The translations under genes and the position numbers were made by a program. A model generated the notes under the pieces. That model did not search any database and had not been told where the DNA came from. It saw only the letters and a list, made by a program, of their open reading frames with translations. 64,000 nt of DNA from Candidatus Zhuqueibacterota bacterium (GTDB lineage: Bacteria > Zhuqueibacterota > Zhuqueibacteria > Residuimicrobiales > Krinioviventaceae): contig JAFGJB010000198.1 in NCBI GenBank assembly GCA_016929295.1, positions 6,391 through 70,390 on the forward strand, written 5' to 3'. This document shows, one piece after another, positions 29,155 through 38,505 of the stretch (position 1 is its first letter; every line of letters begins with the position of its first letter).

Positions 29155-29907
29155 ATGGAAAATCTTCAAGAAACTCGTCGGATAAAGCTGTTCAGCTTGA
29201 TTGTACTTTTGACGCTCTTTTGCGGACAGATCTCACATGCTCAGAGCGGACGCAAAAAAATCGTTGACGGCAACAAGTTATATGCCGAGGAGCGTTACGA
29301 TGAGGCGATGAACAAATATCGTGACGCGCAAGTGCATGATCCGGAATCGCCGATTATTAAATTTAATATGGGGAATGTGGACTATAAAAAGCAAAAGTAT
29401 GAGGAATCGGTCAAAGAGTACGAAGGGTCGTTGGGTACGGATGATGCGTTGGCGCAATCTCAGACATATTATAATATTGGCAATTCACTTTACCGACTGG
29501 GCAAACTGCCGGAAAGCATCATGGCCTACCAGGAGGCGCTCAAACTCAATCCGGACGACCAGGATGCCAAATATAATCTTGAATTTGTTCGGCGCCAATT
29601 GAAGGATCAAGCGGAAAAACAACAGCAGAACCAGAATCAGCAACAGCAGCAGCAAGAGGATCAACAGCAACAGCAACAGGATCAACAGGAGCAGGAAGAA
29701 GAACAGGACCAGGGAGAGCAACAAGAGTCGCAGCCGGAAAGTGAACAGCAGGAACAGCAGCAAGCAGAGGATGTGCAAGAAGCAGAAGATATGTCAAAAG
29801 AAGATGCCGAACGTATCCTTCAGGCGATGAAAGAAGATGAAGAAAATATGAAAGATGCCCGCAAGCAAAAGGCGCCCGGCGATATACGAGTGTTAAAGGA
29901 TTGGTAA
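29155..29907 (+). CDS. batC: TPR protein BatC with a Gln/Glu-rich tail
   Basis: Signal SHA|QS, TPR units, then about 60 residues of Q/E low complexity and KEDAERILQAMKEDE. Confidence 0.75.
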   Translation: MENLQETRRIKLFSLIVLLTLFCGQISHAQSGRKKIVDGNKLYAEERYDEAMNKYRDAQVHDPESPIIKFNMGNVDYKKQKYEESVKEYEGSLGTDDALAQSQTYYNIGNSLYRLGKLPESIMAYQEALKLNPDDQDAKYNLEFVRRQLKDQAEKQQQNQNQQQQQQEDQQQQQQDQQEQEEEQDQGEQQESQPESEQQEQQQAEDVQEAEDMSKEDAERILQAMKEDEENMKDARKQKAPGDIRVLKDW

Positions 29908-29916
29908 CATTCAGAG

Positions 29917-31752
29917 ATGAATAGCAAAATTTTTCTCACACTCATGATTATCTTGAGCACAGTTTTTCTCGTTTGGGCTCAGCCGTTGACGGTCACAACG
30001 ACTGTCAATCAAACGCAGATAGGCGTTGATCAGCAGCTTGTTTTCACCATCGAGTTAACTGGTGAAGCTGCCCAACAGGTGGGCCAGCCCGAGCTACCAG
30101 ATATGCAAGGTTATCTCGCTTTTCTCGGCTCGGGAGGGACATCGCAAAACATCTCATTCGTCAATGGCAAGATGTCCGTATCAAAATCTTTCAGTTTTTA
30201 TTATCTTGCCACCAAAGAAGGTACTTTTACGATTCCGGCTATAACCGTCATTCATGACGATAAAGAATATCAATCCCAGCCCATCCATATCACGATCACC
30301 AAAGGGACGCAGACAGCAGGGACGCAGGCGCAAGGCGCTTCGCCGTCGACCGCTGATGAAGGGACATCAGCCGAGGCAGATGATTTGTATGTTCGCACGA
30401 TTGTCAGCAAACGCCGTGTCTATCAGAACGAGCCCGTCATTGTGACCTATCGCATCTATGCTGCCGTTCGCGTCACTGGCTATACGATCACCAAATTGCC
30501 GGAAACAACCGGATTCTGGACGGAGGATATTGAAACACCGCAACAGCCGCAGGTGAACAATCAGGTCATCAATGGCGTTAATTATGTGACCGCCGACATT
30601 AAAAAGGTGGCCATATTCCCAACATCGGCCGGGAAAAAGACCATAGGACCGATGTCGCTGCAATGTGAAGTCAAGGTGCAAAATACGCGGCGGAGTCGCG
30701 ACCTTTTTGATTCGTTTTTTGACGATGCCTTTTTTGGCCGAACGATTCGCAAAAGTATCGAATCACCCGCAGTGGAAATTGATGTGCTGCCGCTGCCCGC
30801 TGCCGGCAAGCCGGATGATTTCGCCGGCGCTGTCGGACAATACAAGCTGAGTGCCGCTATTGACAAAACAGAGGTCGAGACGAATGAAGCCATCACACTA
30901 AAAATTACGATTTCGGGCAGTGGCAATATTCGCCTGTTACCCCAGCCAAACGTGACAATTCCGCCTGATTTTGAACAGTACGCTCCGAAAGAGACGGAGA
31001 ACATCAGTCGGCAAAATAATGTCATCAGCGGCAGTAAAACATTCGAGTATGTGCTGGTGCCGCGTTTTCCAGGCGTGCAAAAAATAAAGCCCGTCACCTT
31101 TTCCTATTTCGATCCCAGGAATGACGCCTACCAAACACTGACAGCACCTGAAATCGTCATCAATGTGGCCAGGGGTACGGGCCAGTTTGTCGCCGTCGGG
31201 GGTTCCGGCTTGAGCAAAGAGGAGGTCAAGTACGTTGGTCAGGATATCCGGTTCATCAAGTTGACGCCGGGTATTCTGCGGGCGATCAACTATCACATTT
31301 ATACGAGTGCGGGTTTCCTGTCCTTGTTGATTCTTCCTCTCTTCGTGCTGGGCGCCGCTTTCATTTATAAAAACCATGTCGCCAAGTTGAGCGTCAATGA
31401 GGCTTATGCGCGCAGCAGAAAAGCGAACTCGATGGCAATGAAACGCCTTGCGAAAGCCAAATCCCTGCTGGCCGAAACGACTCTAAAAGAATTTTACGCC
31501 GAGGTGGCGAGTGCCTTGACCGGTTTTGCGGCGGACAAACTCAATAAGCCAAAAGCCGGTCTCATGAGCGATGAGTTGGAGAAAGAATTTAACAAGAAAA
31601 ACATTGACTCCGGGCTGACCAAAGAATATTTTGATCTGATCAGGATGTGTGATTTTCAACGATTTGCACCATCCACGGTCGCAAAAGATGAGATGGAACG
31701 ATCATATAAACAAGCTCGTGATGTCATCATCAAGCTGGAAAAGGCCTTGTAA
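29917..31752 (+). CDS. batD: BatD (oxygen-tolerance family) protein
   Basis: Signal VWA|QP, a large beta-rich exported region and a late TM (GFLSLLILPLFVLGAAFIY). The helical tail ends LIRMCDFQRFAPSTVAKDEMERSYKQARDVI. Confidence 0.75.
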   Translation: MNSKIFLTLMIILSTVFLVWAQPLTVTTTVNQTQIGVDQQLVFTIELTGEAAQQVGQPELPDMQGYLAFLGSGGTSQNISFVNGKMSVSKSFSFYYLATKEGTFTIPAITVIHDDKEYQSQPIHITITKGTQTAGTQAQGASPSTADEGTSAEADDLYVRTIVSKRRVYQNEPVIVTYRIYAAVRVTGYTITKLPETTGFWTEDIETPQQPQVNNQVINGVNYVTADIKKVAIFPTSAGKKTIGPMSLQCEVKVQNTRRSRDLFDSFFDDAFFGRTIRKSIESPAVEIDVLPLPAAGKPDDFAGAVGQYKLSAAIDKTEVETNEAITLKITISGSGNIRLLPQPNVTIPPDFEQYAPKETENISRQNNVISGSKTFEYVLVPRFPGVQKIKPVTFSYFDPRNDAYQTLTAPEIVINVARGTGQFVAVGGSGLSKEEVKYVGQDIRFIKLTPGILRAINYHIYTSAGFLSLLILPLFVLGAAFIYKNHVAKLSVNEAYARSRKANSMAMKRLAKAKSLLAETTLKEFYAEVASALTGFAADKLNKPKAGLMSDELEKEFNKKNIDSGLTKEYFDLIRMCDFQRFAPSTVAKDEMERSYKQARDVIIKLEKAL

Positions 31753-32502
31753 ATGAGACGAATGACCCTGCTTGTGATGATCGCGGTGTCCGCCTGTATG
31801 GCGGATCAGACGTCCTATATTTTCCAGCAAGGCGTTGACGCGTATCAGCAGCATGATTTTGAGGCAGCTGTCAACCATTTTGAAGCGGCTTTGCAATACG
31901 GACAGGCGAGCGCGGCTGTCTATTATAATCTTGGCAACGCTTACTATAAATTGGATCAAATCGGCAAAGCCATCCTGAACTATGAACGCGCGAAAAGACT
32001 GCAGCCGCGAGATGATGATATTGATTTTAATATCAAGATCGCTCAGCTTCGCGTGGTGGACAAAATCCCTTCGCCGGAAGCCGATTTTTTCTTCAAATTT
32101 TGGCACGGCATGAAATACTTGCTCGATCTGGGTGAATTTGCCATGTTGACGATCGGGCTGTACATTTTGTTGATCGCTTTCATCGTGGTGATGTTGTTCG
32201 CAAAGAACAGGGTTGTTCTCCGTTTGATACGGATTGCCCGACTGCCAATTTTCCTCTTGCTCCTTGTTGTGGGCTTTATATTTGTCGTCCGAGTCCATGA
32301 AGACATCAATAAAAAACATGGCGTCATCCTCGCCGAGAAGGTGAGCGTCCTGAGTAGTCCGTCCGCTGATTCAACGGAAATGTTTGCCTTGCACGAAGGG
32401 GTCAAGATACAGATTATCGCGCAGTCAGGAGATTTTTTTCGCATTCGGTTGACGGACGGCAAGGATGGGTGGATTCCGCTGGCGGCGTTAGAGATTATTT
32501 GA
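31753..32502 (+). CDS. batE: BatE (TPR plus C-terminal SH3b domain)
   Basis: TPR units (YNLGNAYYKLDQIGKAILNYERA), TM helices, and a C-terminal SH3-type segment (GDFFRIRLTDGKDGWIPLAALE). Confidence 0.65.
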   Translation: MRRMTLLVMIAVSACMADQTSYIFQQGVDAYQQHDFEAAVNHFEAALQYGQASAAVYYNLGNAYYKLDQIGKAILNYERAKRLQPRDDDIDFNIKIAQLRVVDKIPSPEADFFFKFWHGMKYLLDLGEFAMLTIGLYILLIAFIVVMLFAKNRVVLRLIRIARLPIFLLLLVVGFIFVVRVHEDINKKHGVILAEKVSVLSSPSADSTEMFALHEGVKIQIIAQSGDFFRIRLTDGKDGWIPLAALEII

Positions 32503-32530
32503 ATTTAACACTCCGACACCTATGTGAAGG

Positions 32531-33151
32531 ATGCACAAACAGTTTGAAAAATCAAAACTCGCCTACCAGAAGACCATTGAAAAATCCCTCGTTATTTCTC
32601 TGGCATTTCTAGTTATTTTATTGCATATTTTTCCCAAGTCTTTTGAGCGGAAAGCGGCGCTGCTGCCGCCTGTCTCCTTTACTTTTGAAATCGAGGAGAT
32701 CCCGGTCACAAAACAATCGGTCAGAAGAGGATATCGGCCGCCGCAAAAACCTGTTATTCCTGTTGCTTCCGAAGATCCCGACATACCGAAAGATGCCACC
32801 ATCGATGAAACGATCCTTGATTGGAATGCGGGCGATGCGCGGGCAGGGATGAGCGGACTCACTGTTGGCCGAACCGACACCATTCCGCCACGCCCACTGG
32901 TCCAGGTGCTGCCAGAATATCCCAAATTGCTGCAGAAACAAAATGTGCGAGGATCCGTGAAGGTCATGCTGTATGTGGATGAAGAAGGGCGAGTTCAGGA
33001 GGCGGTTGTCACGGAGAATTCAACCGGCAGCAGCGCCTGTTCCGATGCGGCGCTGGTTGCGGCAAAAAAAAGCATATATCTGCCCGCCACCATCGGCAGG
33101 AAAAAAGTAGCGGCATGGGTTTCTTGCACCTACACTTTCTCGCCGGAGTAA
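32531..33151 (+). CDS. TonB C-terminal-domain protein
   Basis: N-terminal anchor, a Pro-rich linker, and PEYPKLLQKQNVRGSVKVMLYVDEEGRVQEAVV...AALVAAKKSIYLPA, the TonB_C pattern. Confidence 0.7.
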   Translation: MHKQFEKSKLAYQKTIEKSLVISLAFLVILLHIFPKSFERKAALLPPVSFTFEIEEIPVTKQSVRRGYRPPQKPVIPVASEDPDIPKDATIDETILDWNAGDARAGMSGLTVGRTDTIPPRPLVQVLPEYPKLLQKQNVRGSVKVMLYVDEEGRVQEAVVTENSTGSSACSDAALVAAKKSIYLPATIGRKKVAAWVSCTYTFSPE

Positions 33152-33324
33152 TTATGGGATTATTGCGCGATGTTGTCACTGTTACAGTAAAAAAGATGGA
33201 ACAACGGTGTGGCTGTACGGTAAACAATGAAGAAAAATGTCACGTCTAAACAAGTGAAAAGCTTTTGGAGAATTGCGACATGAGATATAATGAGATCATT
33301 GCTCTCGAAAGGAGGAGATCCATC

Positions 33325-34551
33325 ATGTTAAGACATTACAGACTTGCCATAACGGGCGTCATCTCTCTGTTTTTGCTCTCACTAACGGGGTGTTACACCC
33401 AGATAGGTCGTCCCGGTGTGAAATCTGACGTTCATGACCACGAATACTATTCTGAAAGCAGCGAAGATGAAGATGCGCAATATTGGGATGAATATGAGCG
33501 CGAGGAAAAGCCCGAGGTTGTCTATCACCACTACGATCATGATGTCTATGTGCACGGAGGCTATGCGCCCGCTTATTTGAATACATGGTGGTACGAACCC
33601 TACTGGTACTATTCTTCACATCCGTGGTATGCCAGAGGATACTATGACCCCTACTGGGGTTATGACCCCTACTGGGGTTATGATCCTTACAGGTACGATC
33701 CATACTATTGGTCGGGTCCTTACTACGGTGGGTGGGGATTTCCGAGATATGGCTACTGGGGATATAGCATGCCGGTCGCCTATCCGGTCTATGTCGGGAT
33801 TGGCGGTGGCGATGAGGGCGGTTATATCGATGCCCGCCGTACGATAGACCGTCGCGGCGTCGTTCAGAATAAACCCGGGAGCGCTCGGCGTGTGATGACG
33901 GCATCTGGTCCGTCCGTTGTCACGACGCGTGCCGGCGAGGCGGGTGGTCGTCAAGTTATCGAACGAAACCGAACAGGATCTGCGACGCGGTCACTCAATA
34001 CGGACCGCGCATCGGCGACAGAGAGGACCACTATTTCGCGAACCCGTAGCCAGACGCCAGCACAACGCGGTTCGACATCCCGAACCATAAATCGTCCCTC
34101 CACACCGTCCGGCGTCGACCGAGCGTCGACAAGACAGTCCTCGCCGAGGTCTACGGATCGACCGACAGTCAATGATAACTCTTCAACGCGAAATCGCTCC
34201 TCCGAGGCGACGACCAGAACCCGATCCAGAACCGTGACAAAAAAAGCGAGCGAACCAAGCTCTGACCGTTCATCCTCCTCTTCGACAAATCCGCGCACTG
34301 GCTATAGACCTTCGTCATCGGAGCGCAGCAGCAGTACGCCGGGCTATCGACCATCTTCATCAAGAAGCAGCTCGACGAGCCGTTCCAGCAGCTCGAATCG
34401 AGGGAGCAGCTACTCCGGATCCAGTTCAGGCAGCTCCAGTTCGGGATCATCAAGCTCAGGATCATCCAGTTCGGGATCATCAAGCTCAGGATCGTCCAGT
34501 TCGGGATCGAGAAGCAGCAGTTCTTCCGGTTCTCGTGGCAGCAGACGATAA
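33325..34551 (+). CDS. Lipoprotein with an extremely Tyr/Trp/Pro-rich block and a long Ser/Arg/Thr-rich disordered tail
   Basis: An AGGAGGA RBS precedes the ATG at 33325, and the lipobox is LTGC|Y. Repeats YDPYWGYDPYWGYDPYRYDPYYW are followed by about 230 residues dominated by S, R and T, ending in (SSSSG)n. Confidence 0.6.
   Translation: MLRHYRLAITGVISLFLLSLTGCYTQIGRPGVKSDVHDHEYYSESSEDEDAQYWDEYEREEKPEVVYHHYDHDVYVHGGYAPAYLNTWWYEPYWYYSSHPWYARGYYDPYWGYDPYWGYDPYRYDPYYWSGPYYGGWGFPRYGYWGYSMPVAYPVYVGIGGGDEGGYIDARRTIDRRGVVQNKPGSARRVMTASGPSVVTTRAGEAGGRQVIERNRTGSATRSLNTDRASATERTTISRTRSQTPAQRGSTSRTINRPSTPSGVDRASTRQSSPRSTDRPTVNDNSSTRNRSSEATTRTRSRTVTKKASEPSSDRSSSSSTNPRTGYRPSSSERSSSTPGYRPSSSRSSSTSRSSSSNRGSSYSGSSSGSSSSGSSSSGSSSSGSSSSGSSSSGSRSSSSSGSRGSRR
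34436..34508 (+). repeat. Tandem repeat, 30-bp unit, about 2.4 copies, inside the CDS
   Basis: CCAGTTCGGGATCATCAAGCTCAGGATCAT occupies 34436-34465 and repeats at 34466-34495 with one mismatch. A partial third copy follows. Confidence 0.9.
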
Positions 34552-34599
34552 TTGGCACCATACTATCACTGAATCGACAGATCATCTGGGAGAAATATC

Positions 34600-35997
34600 A
34601 TGTTCAGGATCGTAAATATTACTTTGATTGCCGGCTTTTTCGTCGTCGGCATATTTACAGCCCTGTTTGCGCAGGATGAGATCTTTTTCATCGGCGAAGA
34701 GCTCGGTGTCGGTGCGCGCGCCATGGGCATGGGCGGCGCTTATGTCGGAGTTGCTGATGATTACACGGCAATCTACTGGAATCCGGCCGGTTTGGGTCAG
34801 CTTCGTCGCATGGAACTGAATCTCGGCTTTTCGCACAACAAATTCACCAACGCGGCGGAGTTTCTCGGCAACAGGACAAAGACGGAAGACACCTTCACCC
34901 GACTCAATTCGCTTGGCATCACTATTCCCGTGCCGACCTATCAGGGCAGCCTGGTCTTCGGCATCGGTTATAACAAGGTGCGGGATTATGACAACAGGTT
35001 CAAGATCGAAGGCTATAATGAAGAGTGGGCCTATTATTACGACTGGTTTGAAGCCGGCAATCCTGCGGATAATGAGTTCACCGAAATAGTTGACAATATG
35101 TACCAGACGCAAACCATCACCGAGAAAGGTACGCGAGATCATTTTTCCTTCGCCGGCGCGCTGGAGGTGCAGGAAAATTTCTTCCTCGGCGCATCGCTGA
35201 ATTTTATTAGCGGCAATGATGACTATGCGATGGAACTGGTGGAAGAGGATATAAATAATTTTCACAACACTCTCGAACAAGATGAATTGGGGAACCTCTA
35301 TATTAATGATCTGGATTATTGGATGATGAGTCAAACTATTGATTCCAGGATCAAGGCCGTCAATGTCAATTTAGGCGGTCTCTATCGATTTGGCGATTTT
35401 CTGCGCCTGGGCGCTACGGTTGTCACGCCGACGACTTTTACAATCACCGAGAACTGGACTGAATCGGGCGTCGAATACTATGATGATGTGAATGATCCCT
35501 ATACGAGCGGCTATAGCGGTACGACAAAGTACAAGGTGAAAGAGCCATACAGTTTCAATTTCGGCGCCTCGACGAAATTGTTGAATTTTCTATTCACCGC
35601 CGGCGCTGAATTCAAGGATTGGTCAAATGCGCAATTCCTCACCGCACCACCAGTTGGCAATGAGACGCAAAATCAGATCAACAACCGGATCGAAGAAGAT
35701 TTCAAGGCAGTGACAAAACTTCGCTTTGGCGCCGAGATGTATATTCCCATCATTCGCGCCAAAGTCAGAGTCGGCTATTTCACGGATCCATCTCCCTATC
35801 GTTACACAGATGTTCGTCCGGACAAGCAATATGCGTCGGCAGGCGCCAGTCTGATGTTGAATAAGCAAGTGATGGTTGATCTGGGATACATGATCGGCCA
35901 ATGGCAGCGTGAAACCACAGATTACCTCACCAACAGCCCGGCGCTTGAAGACATCAGCTTTCAAAAAGTTGTTGGCACACTATCGATAAGGTTTTAA
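34600..35997 (+). CDS. Outer-membrane beta-barrel protein, FadL / PorV-PorQ-like
   Basis: Signal LFA|QD. The N-terminal GVGARAMGMGGAYVGVADDYTAIYWNPAGLG motif is, as I recall, typical of the PorV/PorQ and FadL-like barrel families. Alternating beta pattern and a terminal Phe (LSIRF). Confidence 0.5.
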   Translation: MFRIVNITLIAGFFVVGIFTALFAQDEIFFIGEELGVGARAMGMGGAYVGVADDYTAIYWNPAGLGQLRRMELNLGFSHNKFTNAAEFLGNRTKTEDTFTRLNSLGITIPVPTYQGSLVFGIGYNKVRDYDNRFKIEGYNEEWAYYYDWFEAGNPADNEFTEIVDNMYQTQTITEKGTRDHFSFAGALEVQENFFLGASLNFISGNDDYAMELVEEDINNFHNTLEQDELGNLYINDLDYWMMSQTIDSRIKAVNVNLGGLYRFGDFLRLGATVVTPTTFTITENWTESGVEYYDDVNDPYTSGYSGTTKYKVKEPYSFNFGASTKLLNFLFTAGAEFKDWSNAQFLTAPPVGNETQNQINNRIEEDFKAVTKLRFGAEMYIPIIRAKVRVGYFTDPSPYRYTDVRPDKQYASAGASLMLNKQVMVDLGYMIGQWQRETTDYLTNSPALEDISFQKVVGTLSIRF

Positions 35998-36000
35998 AAA

Positions 36001-36834
36001 ATGGTCAAGAGGGCGGTTTATAACGCCCTCTGTCTCTTTTTTGCCGTCATCATTGGCTGCGCGTCGACCGCCAGCCGATTCAAGCCGGCAAAAGTAAAAA
36101 CGAATAGAGAACTGGAATACCCGCTATCCGCTCAACTGGATAAAATAGAAGGTGAAGTGGTGGTGGGTGTTTTTGTCAATACAGAGGGCAATGCTGAACA
36201 ACTCCAGGTGCTGGAATCCTCGGGCCATGCCGTGCTCGACACGGCGGCGTATCGCTTTGCCAAGTCGTTGATATTCGATCCTGCCGTCGTTGATGACAAA
36301 CCTGTCAGCTCATGGACCAAACTGCTTTTGCGCTACAAGCTCACTGAAGTGCCTTTTGAAAGAAACACATGGTTACAGGATGTCCTGAACTATCAATACA
36401 TAATCGACTCGACGCAGGATGTGGTCGAAAAAAGACGTCATCAGCAAAAGCTGTACATGCGTTATATCGGCCTCTCGACTTATCTGGAACGGTATAACAA
36501 TCTTGAGAATAACGACCTCATTCACAAAGTTGTCACCAAACATACGCGAGCACGTTGGGCCGATTTCTCCCGCGTGATTGTCGCACCGTTCATGCTGTTT
36601 GACGACTTTATCTACCGCTATCCCGAATCAGAATTCACTCAGAATGCCAAAGAGGAACTGATTCGATTGCTCATCGATGCGGAGGAGGCGCTTCGTATCA
36701 ATGCTCTCAACAAGGGACGACTGTCACGAACAGATGCCGATCTTTTGGACGTCATCAAAAAAAGACTTGATGAGCTGCAACGCGATGATTACAACAAAAT
36801 GAAGGAATTATTTCCACTTCAACCGCGTCAATGA
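36001..36834 (+). CDS. Lipoprotein with a TonB_C-like domain followed by a helical domain
   Basis: Lipobox IIGC|A. The segment YPLSAQLDKIEGEVVVGVFVNTEGNAEQLQVLESSGHAVLDTAAYRFAKSLIFDPA fits TonB_C. Confidence 0.6.
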   Translation: MVKRAVYNALCLFFAVIIGCASTASRFKPAKVKTNRELEYPLSAQLDKIEGEVVVGVFVNTEGNAEQLQVLESSGHAVLDTAAYRFAKSLIFDPAVVDDKPVSSWTKLLLRYKLTEVPFERNTWLQDVLNYQYIIDSTQDVVEKRRHQQKLYMRYIGLSTYLERYNNLENNDLIHKVVTKHTRARWADFSRVIVAPFMLFDDFIYRYPESEFTQNAKEELIRLLIDAEEALRINALNKGRLSRTDADLLDVIKKRLDELQRDDYNKMKELFPLQPRQ

Positions 36835-36910
36835 TTTGCTTTCCGCATAATCCCGGCCTTTCAGTACCATTGCATAACGTGACGGTCGATTTTATTGAAA
36901 GGAGTCAACA

Positions 36911-37495
36911 TTGAATCGCTGGGCATTTCTCGCGATCATCATTTTGCTTGGCAGCAGCAGCCATGCACAGAGACGCGGTTCACAGGAGATGGGCGGAGGG
37001 CTTTCCTTTTGGTCCGTCTCTGAAAAGGACTCTTCAGAGTCCAATTTTAATCTAGATGCACTGTGGGCCGTCTATTTTTCGCGTGATTTTATGTTTGAGA
37101 TGGAACCTCATGTCACTCTTCGCTTCAATCCGGAAAAATTGGTCCTTTCCGGTTTATTCACAGGCAGCTTGTCAAAGCGTCTGATTGATGTCAGCAATAT
37201 GGATCGTAAAAGTTCGGTTGGTATGCAAAGACAATATGAGAGATCAACAGCCGGAATTTACGCTTCGGTTGGCGGTGGCTTGTGGGCCGAACGATCCACA
37301 GATCCGGATGACGAAAAAATTTTTGTCGGCCCCGCACTGGCCGCCGGCATTGGCACTCACTCAGCCCTGGGTTCTTTTACCAACGTACGAACAAAGTTTC
37401 AAATCGCTTATCTGCTGCCGGCGCCACCGTTGCATGATGAACCACGAACAATGTTCACTGTGACGATCGGTTTTGGAGTCATAACAAGACTATAG
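36911..37495 (+). CDS. Small outer-membrane beta-barrel protein (putative)
   Basis: Signal SHA|QR and an alternating hydrophobic pattern. TTG start as given in the ORF track. Confidence 0.4.
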   Translation: MNRWAFLAIIILLGSSSHAQRRGSQEMGGGLSFWSVSEKDSSESNFNLDALWAVYFSRDFMFEMEPHVTLRFNPEKLVLSGLFTGSLSKRLIDVSNMDRKSSVGMQRQYERSTAGIYASVGGGLWAERSTDPDDEKIFVGPALAAGIGTHSALGSFTNVRTKFQIAYLLPAPPLHDEPRTMFTVTIGFGVITRL

Positions 37496-37596
37496 AAAAT
37501 AGCGAAACTTTTCGCCGTGTATCGTCCTATAACTATTGACTTTGTACCCTTGATGCCTTACATTTAAATGAAATTGAAACAACAAAGGGTGTCTTT

Positions 37597-38505
37597 ATGA
37601 AAACAGGCCGATGGGTGAGAAGTATAGTGTTTTCAATTTTTATCCAATATCTAATGACTCTATCAGCGAATGGGCAGACGCAATTTGGTGACAGAAGCTA
37701 TGGCTCGGGAAATGTCGTCATTGAAGAGGAATCCTACTTTAATAAGCCCATTCAAATCATCGATATGCCCACTGCCAGTATTTTGCGGGGCGGTTCTTTT
37801 CGTGCCGGAGTCAGAATTTATGAACAGGGCGGACTTTTGGGCAGCCTTTCGGCCGGGGTCTCCAACAAGGTGATGTTTGGCGTCTCTTTTGGCGGCCTGG
37901 ACATCGTCGGAGATGCACAAAAGATAACATGGAATCCGATGCCAGGAGTCCATTTCATCTATCGCATCACTGAGGAAAGTATGAAATTGCCGGCCATCGT
38001 TCTTGGCTTTGATTCGCAGGGATATGGCCCTAATTATCCTGAAAGCTCCTCAATTGCTCCCATTGATACTTCTTGCGCTTGCGCTCCGCCGGAGACGCCC
38101 TCTCCACCATACCATAAGGACATGTTTGACAGATATCAATTTAAATCTCGCGGATTCTATTGTGTTGTGTCCAAAGGATATGCCACATTTTTGACCGCCG
38201 GATTGCACGCCGGCGTCAGCTACTCTCTTGATAAGGGAGAGGGGGAAGAGACGGCGCCGACGATTTTCATGGGCGGTGATTTTCATGTGGTGAGTGACCT
38301 CGCTTTTTTGTTAGAGTATGATTTTGCTTTGAATGATACAAAGATTTACTCGAGGGGAATTTTAAACGTGGGTGTGCGCTGGGCTTTTGGACCCAACATG
38401 TTCTTTGATTTTGATCTGCAGAACGCTTTGGGAACAGCCGACGGAGGCAAAACAGATGTCCGCCGGATAATCAAATTAACCTACTACGGAAGCATCGTTC
38501 GATGA
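37597..38505 (+). CDS. Hypothetical exported / outer-membrane protein
   Basis: Signal peptide, beta-rich composition and an aromatic-rich C-terminus. No family recognised. Confidence 0.4.
   Translation: MKTGRWVRSIVFSIFIQYLMTLSANGQTQFGDRSYGSGNVVIEEESYFNKPIQIIDMPTASILRGGSFRAGVRIYEQGGLLGSLSAGVSNKVMFGVSFGGLDIVGDAQKITWNPMPGVHFIYRITEESMKLPAIVLGFDSQGYGPNYPESSSIAPIDTSCACAPPETPSPPYHKDMFDRYQFKSRGFYCVVSKGYATFLTAGLHAGVSYSLDKGEGEETAPTIFMGGDFHVVSDLAFLLEYDFALNDTKIYSRGILNVGVRWAFGPNMFFDFDLQNALGTADGGKTDVRRIIKLTYYGSIVR

Noticed and set aside
29590-29800. A CAG/CAA/GAA-rich low-complexity DNA tract
   Set aside because: It is in frame within batC and encodes the Gln/Glu-rich tail. As far as I recall, this tail is common in BatC-type TPR proteins. 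It is not a CRISPR array or a non-coding microsatellite.
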